A stretch of DNA of 64,000 nucleotides from NCBI GenBank assembly GCA_020724865.1, contig DYGA01000002.1, positions 12,032 to 76,031 of the forward strand, written 5' to 3'. This DNA is from Candidatus Paceibacter sp. (GTDB taxonomy: Bacteria; Patescibacteriota; Patescibacteriia; S139-126). Below the pieces are notes generated by a model. That model searched no databases and was not told the origin of the DNA. It was given only the letters and a program-made list of their open reading frames with translations. Shown here in pieces: positions 58,101 to 64,000 of the stretch (positions are counted from its first letter, which is position 1; the number at the start of each line of letters is the position of its first letter). The position numbers and the translations under genes are program-made.

Positions 58101-60164
58101 GGCAGTAGTGTTACTATGACTTTTGTAGTAAATCAAGGTGGGGTATACAACGTGCTGCGTGACGGAGTGATTGTTTATACCACCGGTGTCAATGCCGGAA
58201 CTTATACTTACAATTTTACTGGACTAACTGCTGGACCTCATGTTTTAGGAGTATCTATTACCAATGCCAATGGCACTGGTAATGCGCAAATAAACTATAC
58301 TGTTAATCCACCACCTCAACCCACAGTTACTATTACTAACCCTACTAATGGTAGTACTGGCACTAGCACTGTTTTTCTAACCTTTAATATTAGTCAAAGT
58401 GGAGTATATACCATTTCGCGCAACGGCTCACTTGTTTATACTAGTGGCAACGTAGCAACTGGTAGTCATACTTATGTTTTGGGGGGATTGTCACCCGGAC
58501 CACATATTTTAGGTGTATCTATTACCAATGCCAATGGTACGGGTAATGCTCAAGTTATTTACAATGTTAATCCACCCCCGCCAGATCCGCCGACCGTTAC
58601 TATAAACAGTCCTGCCAATAATACCACGGGTGGTAGTAGCGTGACTATGAATTTTACGATTAGTCAAAATGGTACTTATAATATTTTACGTAATGGGGTG
58701 GGTATTGCCACCAGCACTGTATCAGCCGGAACCTATACTTATACTTTCAACAATTTAACTAATGGTAATTATATTTTAGGAGTATCTATTACCAATGCCA
58801 ATGGCACTGGTAATGCGCAAATAAACTATACTGCCAATACACCTCCCCCTACCGTCACTATCAATAGTCCTGCTGATGGCGGCACTAGTAATTCTAGTAT
58901 TGTTGTTATGCAATATACAGTTAGTGCCGCAGTAACAGCTTCATTTTTTGTTGATGGTTCTTTGGTAGGTGGAACCAGTCATAGTAGTAGTGGCACATAC
59001 AGCTTTGATTTTACTGGTCTTACTAATGGTACTCATATATTACAGGTCAATGTTAGTAATTCTTATGGGAATGCTAGTGCTCAAATTACTTACAATATAA
59101 GTGTGCCGCCGGTTGTTACTATTTTAAGTCCGGTTAACAATAGTAGTGGTGGTAGTAGCGTGGTAATGCAATTTAATATTAGCCAGGCTGGAACTTATAG
59201 ATTATTTTTGGATGCCACACCAGTATTTACTACCACTGCTAACGCTGGAACTTATACGTATAATTATACTGGTTTAACCACCGGTAGTCATGTCTTGCGA
59301 GTAGAATTATCAAACAGTTATGGTAATGATAGTGATCAAGTAACATATAATAAGATAGCAGAAATACCAGCTGCTCCGTCGGGATTAACTGCTGTTGCCA
59401 GTGGTAATAATATAACTTTAAATTGGACAGATAATTCTAACAATGAAACAAATTTTGTAATTGATCGGGCAGTTGGTAGTCCAACATCTTGGACGATTGG
59501 GTATACTATGGTTGGTGCCAATGTTACCACCTTCCAAGATACTGGTTTATCAGATGATACATATTATTATCGAATTCGAGCAGAAAATGTTGATGGTTTT
59601 AGTGCTTACTCCAATACAGCTAGTGCCGTAGTGTTATCACAAGCTACCATTTTTGTTTCCAGTCTTTCAACGCAGGGCAATGTGGGTGCTGGTTATATAG
59701 AAAATGTTGATCAATTTTGCCAAAACTTAGCTAATGCTTCAAGTTTAGTCAGACCTGGACAATGGCGGGCTTGGATTTCAGGTTTGTCAATGTCAGGGAT
59801 CAATATAAACGCAAAAGGACATTTTACTGGCTATCAATCTGTCCCATTATATAATAAAAGTAGTTCAAATATGTTTTTAGTCGCTAGTAATGTGTCAGCA
59901 TTATGGACCACTGGAATTCAAGCAAATGTTTTGTATGATGAAAATGGGATTAGTAGGCCGACTGATATCTATACTGGTACTTATAGTGATGGCTCAGCTT
60001 CTGGTATAAATTGTAATAATTGGTCAAATAATACTTGGTATTATGGTGGAGGAGTTGGCGTAAATGATTATTATCCTATTGCAGGTCTTCCTCTTTGGAC
60101 TAATTCTCATCAACTTAGTTGTAATATGAACGCAAATATTTATTGTATTTGGTATAGACCATAA
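52137..60164 (+). CDS. Giant (2675 aa) cell-surface protein. Layout: N-terminal signal-like segment plus two hydrophobic helices (membrane hairpin), long Cys/Asn/Thr/Gly-rich region with clustered Cys knots, six ~87-aa Ig-like tandem repeats, an FN3 domain, and a C-terminal Cys-containing globular (lectin-like?) domain.
   Basis: Continuous ORF. Repeats QPTVTITSPANNTNGGSSVTM...GVSITNANGTGNAQINYTVNPPP x6 (two identical at the DNA level). FN3-like APSGLTAVASGNNITLNWTDNSNNETNFVIDRA...YYYRIRAENVDGFS. Confidence 0.7.
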   Translation: MQLFSFPQSRISEKHCAFPVFGSHFFKSFINNFLATIILGAIFFVPTLVSAQGVDFGLGYGSAIGLGTQDIRETVARIIKIALGILGIIVTLIIIYGGYVWMTAGGSEQKVSLAKKILINGVIGLVIIILAYALTVWIFRIIIGGTTGGGSGSCVEGQISGCTRCVGGTWIYDGSIPGCVLPGADFRVKNIQTTHGGNNPAQDVYLCSRIQSNFSNRIAAQSVADALNANQLRIDTFAGNWQVTSNVLTFKHDDNLFSINTAYRLLLPRQGNTTPLFDQNNLNLTQCDPIVGCASTLEHFTWDFVTGEDNDDVAPEITNTYPVSDITSPTYPDRNVSRSPIMEVNFSESIDATSVADSNGNPLAGVITLERLSDRGGSVDLTIPNNQLEVYFTSNGFRFNLIEPNLLDSFRWYRITVQGVEDLCGNQMAAPRVWEFQTNDSSPGVRTWYPTGTNQCLDVDVIVGFNSSMFDQQVTFVISGSDGSVYSATMRPSLLEPGPYQVAGSGGSLSVADPGQPYSNNFKSFVFRANNGWRANTTYSVTITTDLVINTNGDTLSHNWNFSTSDAASCVCSPYIMSINPNQGMAGQCVTVQGRCFTGTSAKPAEITNVSINGQTVTVGGSDSNYFTTSIPDNLPVGTQAPVVATITYQDPELGSITSNNNVNYYVNQPGIYNGPCLWSIVPSLGCADTSVTLNGIRFGTDPGNYQTDQNNVTFNLNRRARQSDFSLWSDTSIRTRVPQATVDGNVYVTANSLVTNGVPFDMSCGSGGACSADPNICSPNPTSCAVGYECNTSCICQAVGGSVGDPCSSDPNSCVPDDTLCSSSLFCDPNSCTCQSNGETTTRFNVIANWPTCEGVCVNSEVGLRFSTSVDPTTVTNANIAIFDYRDSGYTQMVGEEQITVFLNSSTNEVYIYPNGGLSRGYYMRVVVRNGILSSSGQTIQNLNFDEDGNGVNDSYAWTFSAGNETCTLTAIENSPVLMTFNNINQNQTIYGRAISSQQCGPNQYVNPWDHDWKWEDTNNGNIAKVTNRDINNDNKYDPAQTVTSIAAGTTQIRSEVDSNLTALSDVIVGSGSSGVGTVCDADPNTPQCDLNNNICGNFGLVCDPNANCTCQQAGYTPLTPGVVSVIPINNQTDVCRNSIVQVTFNQKMDTGSIVWQSTFKINDNDRDDVRGNLNFITVNNGVYGCNNPQGCTVVRFYPSRAYVQNSLHTITLTTGIKNLSGLSLPANFVSSFTTGSQICKVNTVDLQPNYHLFTTLNESVVYMATAKDLRGGLVAPIPGFYDWNWQWVKADDDNVVNMEDVGNPDRRNIVAQSSNGLARIKATAEITTADVSIGDSVGRKISDSSEAEVFICIYPWPATPPMQDSQYGFQMKYCRGNDSANLLGMLSDPTNSIISLTTSDPDLEREYLFNYLVSSLPVGGQTEPFIISKLQRFKIGQLLVLWWKNLLAMFNKQSVWAQVPQDVIGLRIYNNPNRLGPRAWYEQKSFPKGNPQDITVDGFPAIKDGTSVYILGPRRAGSIETYIYVLSYNDLSSQNNIAIFNQLIKNFRFYTLTPEEKPAVARDLKRLADASFIATQLERYKNRTGNYPALSAGSYIAGMSTSKWPSWQATLGNQLGVSIPNDPINKFASYCSNNPNQSCWQNSDCGTGQCLSGCGEEANPDTCWNEVTQEYSCPAGSAVYQYRRYGTNDFRIGVLLEVNDYEALPTYLDVNEAYCNGTIYTGDGFCGDGIVQASLGEQCEVGQQILACNPTWPNYYNPIYQQCESDCSWPDAQVSTCGGYCGDGVLQSSNEICDGTAGLGGVGPATCYTDCSGFYCNPGYVLVGGVCQLDWCNPATQDCSSQIPNGNGQYQSCNYVSGNWQWSDCQVTSCNPGYVISGNSCVLPQPTVTITSPANNTNGGSSVTMTFVVNQGGVYNVLRDGVIVYTTGVNAGTYTYNFTGLTAGPHVLGVSITNANGTGNAQINYTVNPPPQPTVTITSPANNTNGGSSVTMTFVVNQGGVYNVLRDGVIVYTTGVNAGTYTYNFTGLTAGPHVLGVSITNANGTGNAQINYTVNPPPQPTVTITNPTNGSTGTSTVFLTFNISQSGVYTISRNGSLVYTSGNVATGSHTYVLGGLSPGPHILGVSITNANGTGNAQVIYNVNPPPPDPPTVTINSPANNTTGGSSVTMNFTISQNGTYNILRNGVGIATSTVSAGTYTYTFNNLTNGNYILGVSITNANGTGNAQINYTANTPPPTVTINSPADGGTSNSSIVVMQYTVSAAVTASFFVDGSLVGGTSHSSSGTYSFDFTGLTNGTHILQVNVSNSYGNASAQITYNISVPPVVTILSPVNNSSGGSSVVMQFNISQAGTYRLFLDATPVFTTTANAGTYTYNYTGLTTGSHVLRVELSNSYGNDSDQVTYNKIAEIPAAPSGLTAVASGNNITLNWTDNSNNETNFVIDRAVGSPTSWTIGYTMVGANVTTFQDTGLSDDTYYYRIRAENVDGFSAYSNTASAVVLSQATIFVSSLSTQGNVGAGYIENVDQFCQNLANASSLVRPGQWRAWISGLSMSGININAKGHFTGYQSVPLYNKSSSNMFLVASNVSALWTTGIQANVLYDENGISRPTDIYTGTYSDGSASGINCNNWSNNTWYYGGGVGVNDYYPIAGLPLWTNSHQLSCNMNANIYCIWYRP
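57792..58313. repeat. Perfect in-frame tandem duplication, 2 x 261 bp (57792-58052 and 58053-58313), encoding two identical 87-aa Ig-like repeats inside the giant gene
   Basis: Base-by-base comparison; identity continues ~14 nt into the third, diverged repeat. Confidence 0.85.
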
Positions 60165-60169
60165 AATAT

Positions 60170-60661
60170 ATGGAAGAAATTAATCAAAAAGTAAAAGAAT
60201 TTAAAGAAAAAAGAAAAATTAAATTTCTAATTATTTTATTGTTAGTTTTAATTGTTGTAACCGCTGGAATAATATATTTTTTTTGGAACAATGAAATAAA
60301 GTTGGCGATGCGTGGTCGGGATGGCAAACAAGTAGATTTAACCATTGGTAATAAAGAGGTTATAGATGCCACGCTTGATTCTGATGGCGACGGGTTGACT
60401 GATGTTATAGAAAATCGTCTAGGCACTGATAAAAATAAGACTGACTCTGATAATGATGGTATTATTGATGGCGAAGAATTGATGGGTTGGGGGACTAATC
60501 CTCTCAAATTAGATAGTGATAATGATGGGTTGTCTGATTATAATGAAGTTAAAGCTTATGGTACTGATCCGCTAAAACCAGATAGTGATGAGGATGGTTT
60601 TGCTGACGGTTGGGAAGTTTTTAATAATTTTAACCCCAAAGGAAAAGGAAAGTTAGAATAA
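60170..60661 (+). CDS. Membrane-anchored protein with thrombospondin type-3-like Ca-binding repeats (DxDxDGxxDxxE)
   Basis: N-terminal TM; DSDGDGLTDVIE, DSDNDGIIDGEE, DSDNDGLSDYNE, DSDEDGFADGWE. Confidence 0.65.
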   Translation: MEEINQKVKEFKEKRKIKFLIILLLVLIVVTAGIIYFFWNNEIKLAMRGRDGKQVDLTIGNKEVIDATLDSDGDGLTDVIENRLGTDKNKTDSDNDGIIDGEELMGWGTNPLKLDSDNDGLSDYNEVKAYGTDPLKPDSDEDGFADGWEVFNNFNPKGKGKLE

Positions 60662-60712
60662 TTATAATTTTTTTTGTATAATAATATTATAATAAAATAT
60701 TATTGATATCTT

Positions 60713-61354
60713 ATGTTTGATGATATAAAAAATAATAGCCAAATTATGAATGATAATAGTTCTGATAAAAATGTTTCTAAGCCAGTGGAAGATATTTTTT
60801 CCGAAACAGAAAAAAACAATCCCACTCCTCAACTGCAGGAAATTTTAGATACAAATACTATGCCCGCTGCTTATCAGCCAACTAATAATATGTATGAATC
60901 GGGTAAGAATAAAAAAAATGTATTAAAGTTATTGTTACTAATTATTTTTGTTGCCATTGTGGGAATAGGTGGTTATATTGCTTATGGTATGTATCAAGAT
61001 AGTCAGGTTAAAAAAGTTTTAAATGAACCAGAAACATCTTCAGTTAACAACGATGAAAATTCTTCTAATACTAACTCCGATGTTACTATTATCTCAGGAA
61101 ATGTAGTTGATACTGACAATGACGGTTTATCAGATCAAGAAGAGTCTACCTTTGGTACTGATATAAATTTGCCCGATACAGATAGTGACAATTTATTTGA
61201 TCGGGAGGAAATAAAAATTTATGGAACCGATCCTTTGAATTCCGATACTGACGGTGATGGTTATCTTGATGGTGATGAGGTTAAAGCAGGTTATAATCCA
61301 TTGGGACCAGGCAGGTTATGGCCGGAAAATCCCAATCCAAATATTGAAGAATAA
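60713..61354 (+). CDS. Paralogous membrane-anchored TSP3-repeat protein
   Basis: TM helix; DTDNDGLSDQEE, DTDSDNLFDREE, DTDGDGYLDGDE. Confidence 0.65.
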   Translation: MFDDIKNNSQIMNDNSSDKNVSKPVEDIFSETEKNNPTPQLQEILDTNTMPAAYQPTNNMYESGKNKKNVLKLLLLIIFVAIVGIGGYIAYGMYQDSQVKKVLNEPETSSVNNDENSSNTNSDVTIISGNVVDTDNDGLSDQEESTFGTDINLPDTDSDNLFDREEIKIYGTDPLNSDTDGDGYLDGDEVKAGYNPLGPGRLWPENPNPNIEE

Positions 61355-61362
61355 ATATATTT

Positions 61363-62703
61363 ATGGTTTCAGAACAGAGTAATTTTGATCAATTCAATAG
61401 TTATGACCAAGCCCCGGCTATTTATACCATGCCAGAAAAATTTTTGCCTAAGCAAAAGAAACAAAAAAATAAATCTGGTAAAGGTATAATAATTTTTTTG
61501 TATTTTTTGATCGCTGTAGTTTTGATTGGAGCTGGTTTTGCTGTGTGGTTTTTATTTTTAAGACAGGAACCAGAAGTTATTGAACAGCCAAAAGTTATAC
61601 CCCAGGTAAATATAACCAATCCGACTAGTACACCAGCGGTGCAAGAGGAAATTACTCCGGTTGAAGTTAAATTTGTTGCGCGTGATGCACAGGGTAATGA
61701 GTTCTCCCACGTTTTGATCAAATTAACTGATGTTGATACTGAATTAGCAGAAAAAATCAAAGTAACATCATTATTGCCTGAACAAATGACTGGAAGAGCT
61801 AGTCGTGCCATTGGGGCTATTTATTTATTTACCATAGAAGACAGTAAAAATTTATCTCGCCCCACCACTTTTATTTTTTCTTATACAGAACCTGATGATT
61901 TAACAAGTAAAAAGGAGAACAGCTTGCAATTAGCAGAAGAAATATCACCCGGTACTTGGAAGTATTTGACCGGTAGTAAACTTGATATAGTAGCCAATAC
62001 TATAAGCATAGAACTATCGTCTTTCCCTCAAGGACAAGTAACTATTTTGTCGAATTTAGAAGAAGAAGAAAATTTTGATTTTTACAACCCTCTGTCCGAT
62101 GAACAACCACAAGATAATGACATTTTAGTAACAACTCCTTTAAGTTCAACTTTAGATTCTGACAACGATGGTTTAACTGATGTTGAAGAACAGCTTTATA
62201 AATCTAACCCATCTTTACCCGATACTGATGGAGATGGATTTTTAGATGGGCAGGAGGTAATTAATAAATATAGTCCAATTAGCGCTGATAGTTTATTAGC
62301 TGCTGGTTTAGTTAATGAATATAAAAATGATGATATGAAAATAAGTTTATTTTATCCATCTAGCTGGACAGTAAGAATTGGTAATGCGGAAACACAATCG
62401 GTTTCTTTCGAATCAAGTGGTGATGATTTTATTCAGATTTCTATTCAAGATAATCCTGATAATTTAGATGTTTATGCTTGGTATAGTAAATTGGCTCCCA
62501 ATATTGATCAAACCTTACTTGCTAAAACTACAATTGCTGGTTTAGACGCTATTTATTCTCCAGATATGGCCAACTTATATGTAGCGCAAAATAACAAAAT
62601 ATATATTTTGACCTATAGTGCTGGGTTAAAAACTCAAGTAGATTATTTGACTACTTTTGCAATGATGCAGGCCAGTTTAAACTTTTTAACAAATGGCAAT
62701 TAA
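61363..62703 (+). CDS. Larger paralogous membrane-anchored protein with TSP3-type repeats and N- and C-terminal globular domains
   Basis: TM helix; DSDNDGLTDVEE...DTDGDGFLDGQE. Confidence 0.6.
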   Translation: MVSEQSNFDQFNSYDQAPAIYTMPEKFLPKQKKQKNKSGKGIIIFLYFLIAVVLIGAGFAVWFLFLRQEPEVIEQPKVIPQVNITNPTSTPAVQEEITPVEVKFVARDAQGNEFSHVLIKLTDVDTELAEKIKVTSLLPEQMTGRASRAIGAIYLFTIEDSKNLSRPTTFIFSYTEPDDLTSKKENSLQLAEEISPGTWKYLTGSKLDIVANTISIELSSFPQGQVTILSNLEEEENFDFYNPLSDEQPQDNDILVTTPLSSTLDSDNDGLTDVEEQLYKSNPSLPDTDGDGFLDGQEVINKYSPISADSLLAAGLVNEYKNDDMKISLFYPSSWTVRIGNAETQSVSFESSGDDFIQISIQDNPDNLDVYAWYSKLAPNIDQTLLAKTTIAGLDAIYSPDMANLYVAQNNKIYILTYSAGLKTQVDYLTTFAMMQASLNFLTNGN

Positions 62704-63139
62704 AGTTTTTTTTTATTCTGCTAAGCCAAGCAGTATAAATAAAAAAATAGTAGATTTAGTAGTTAAGCAAACTATTAGTTTGGCTGTTGGCAAAAATTTA
62801 TCTTCAGAATTGTCAGTGGTTTTATTGCCGGATAGTTCGGTTAAAGTATTAAATAAAAAATATCGCCATATAGACAAACCTACAGATGTATTGTCTTTTC
62901 CGGGTAAAAGTGAAAAAATGCCCAATTTTGATAATTTTTTAGGGGAAATTGTAATTGCCAGAGGTGTTTGTCAAAAACAAGCCAAGATACATAAGCACAG
63001 TTTTAAAAAAGAGTTTATTATTCTCTTGATTCATGGCCTGCTTCATTTATTGGGTTACGATCACAAGAAAAATAAAGAAGCGATAATTATGGAAAGTTTA
63101 GAAGCAAAAATATTAAAAAAGGTGTATGAAGTTGTTTAG
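62693..63139 (+). CDS. ybeY: rRNA maturation endoribonuclease YbeY
   Basis: H..LHLLGYDH metal-binding motif (HGLLHLLGYDH). Confidence 0.85.
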   Translation: MAIKVFFYSAKPSSINKKIVDLVVKQTISLAVGKNLSSELSVVLLPDSSVKVLNKKYRHIDKPTDVLSFPGKSEKMPNFDNFLGEIVIARGVCQKQAKIHKHSFKKEFIILLIHGLLHLLGYDHKKNKEAIIMESLEAKILKKVYEVV

Positions 63140-63497
63140 TAATTTTTTGAGTAGTTTGCGCAATGCTTTAAGTGGCTGGCGTTATTTATTTGTCAGCCAA
63201 CAAAATTTTCGTATTCAAGTTTTTTTTGGTTTGATGGTTTTCATCACAGCTTGGCTACTAAAAGTCAAAAGACAGGATTGGTTAGTTTTATTATTATTAG
63301 TTACTATGGTTTTGGTGTTAGAAACTCTAAATACAGTTTTTGAATTTTTTTTAGATATGGTGAAGCCAAAAATAAATAGCTATGTAAAAATGTTTAAAGA
63401 TATGTTGGCAGCAATGGTTTTATTGGCTTCATTGGCAGCCGGAATTATTGGTATCATTATATTCTATCCTTACTTGAGAAATATATTTGTTCAATAA
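63126..63497 (+). CDS. dgkA: Diacylglycerol/undecaprenol kinase DgkA family
   Basis: Three TM helices; conserved E..N...E region (LETLNTVFEF). Confidence 0.75.
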   Translation: MKLFSNFLSSLRNALSGWRYLFVSQQNFRIQVFFGLMVFITAWLLKVKRQDWLVLLLLVTMVLVLETLNTVFEFFLDMVKPKINSYVKMFKDMLAAMVLLASLAAGIIGIIIFYPYLRNIFVQ

Positions 63498-63579
63498 GAT
63501 TTAGAATTTTAATTTTATTTTTTTAAAAAATATTGTATAATACAGAGGTAATTATCAGGTAATATTAAATATTGTCAGC

Positions 63580-64000
63580 ATGGGGAAAAGTAATATTATT
63601 AGCGGTTTGGATATTGGGACTACTCATATTAGAGTGGTAGTTGGTCAGTCTGCAGGTGAACAATTAAATATTATGGCTGCAGCGGAAGTGCCTGCTGAAG
63701 GGGTGAGTAAAGGAGTAATTAACAGCATAGAAGATGCTGTTTCTTCTGTATCTTTAGCTTTAGAAAAGGCAGAAAGACTATCTGGATTGCCGATTGAAAG
63801 TACTTTTGTAGCTATTTCTGGTTCCCATATAATTTCTGAGGATAGTCACGGTGTGGTAGCGGTAGGAAAAGCTGATGGCGAGATAAGAGATGATGATGTT
63901 GAGCGCGTAATTGAGGCAGCTCAAGCTGTAGCTAGCCCACCTAATTATGAGATTTTGCATGTTATACCAAGATCTTTTAGTGTGGATAATCAAACTGGAA
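63580..64000 (+). CDS. ftsA: Cell-division protein FtsA, 3'-partial (runs off the window end)
   Basis: GLDIGTTHIRVVVGQ...INSIEDAVSSVSLALEKAERL...LHVIPRSFSVDNQ matches the FtsA N-terminal actin-like domain. Confidence 0.75.
   Translation, partial: MGKSNIISGLDIGTTHIRVVVGQSAGEQLNIMAAAEVPAEGVSKGVINSIEDAVSSVSLALEKAERLSGLPIESTFVAISGSHIISEDSHGVVAVGKADGEIRDDDVERVIEAAQAVASPPNYEILHVIPRSFSVDNQTG

Noticed and set aside
52524-60507. Multiple antisense or overlapping ORFs inside copA, the giant gene and other long genes (e.g. 12476..12991 -, 54966..55754 -, 55982..56218 -, 59336..59530 -)
   Set aside because: They lie entirely within well-supported longer genes on the opposite strand and have no independent motifs; these are typical shadow ORFs.

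Overview
This is a 64 kb AT-rich bacterial chromosomal segment that codes densely on both strands. The gene content (sortase, LCP protein, DUF2207 protein with a Gly-rich tail, an 8 kb giant surface protein, a short Rel, a tight tRNA cluster, many small membrane proteins) suggests a reduced-genome monoderm bacterium, possibly CPR/Patescibacteria-like; that is inference only. The genetic code appears standard. Housekeeping genes I recognise from motifs: rlmN, a P-type ATPase, an M23 peptidase, riboflavin kinase, uppS, parA/parB, rel, a sugar transferase, rpmB-topA-dprA-mfd (minus strand), pth-der-LCP (minus strand), and tRNA-Val-lepB-hisS-rpsU-yqeY ... ybeY-dgkA-ftsA (plus strand). Accessory or unusual content: (1) a 5'-partial operon of a >950 aa uncharacterised protein, a membrane-anchored Mrr-type nuclease with a topoisomerase-type zinc ribbon, and a small membrane protein; (2) an ~8.7 kb metal island with an ArsR/thioredoxin/ArsP-like permease/Trx-DsbD cassette, a 5'-truncated ABC ATPase remnant, a CsoR-HMA membrane protein-CopZ-CopA copper operon and a cytochrome b5-like lipoprotein; (3) a CarH/LitR-like MerR regulator with a B12-binding domain; (4) a small GIY-YIG ORF at tRNA-Leu(CAA), flanked by a duplicated tRNA 5' segment that is split by a GC-rich palindrome; (5) an 8 kb giant surface protein with six Ig-like repeats, FN3 and a Cys-rich region, followed by three paralogous membrane proteins with thrombospondin-type-3 Ca-binding repeats, all sitting between the conserved rpsU-yqeY and ybeY-dgkA blocks; (6) two perfect tandem duplications (254 bp intergenic, 261 bp inside the giant gene); (7) a dispersed AT-rich intergenic repeat family and GC-rich palindromes; (8) a candidate ~170 nt structured sRNA with its own promoter and terminator; (9) an rpsU gene with no canonical start codon and a small basic ORF, both absent from the ORF track. 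I found no CRISPR array, rRNA, integrase or transposase.
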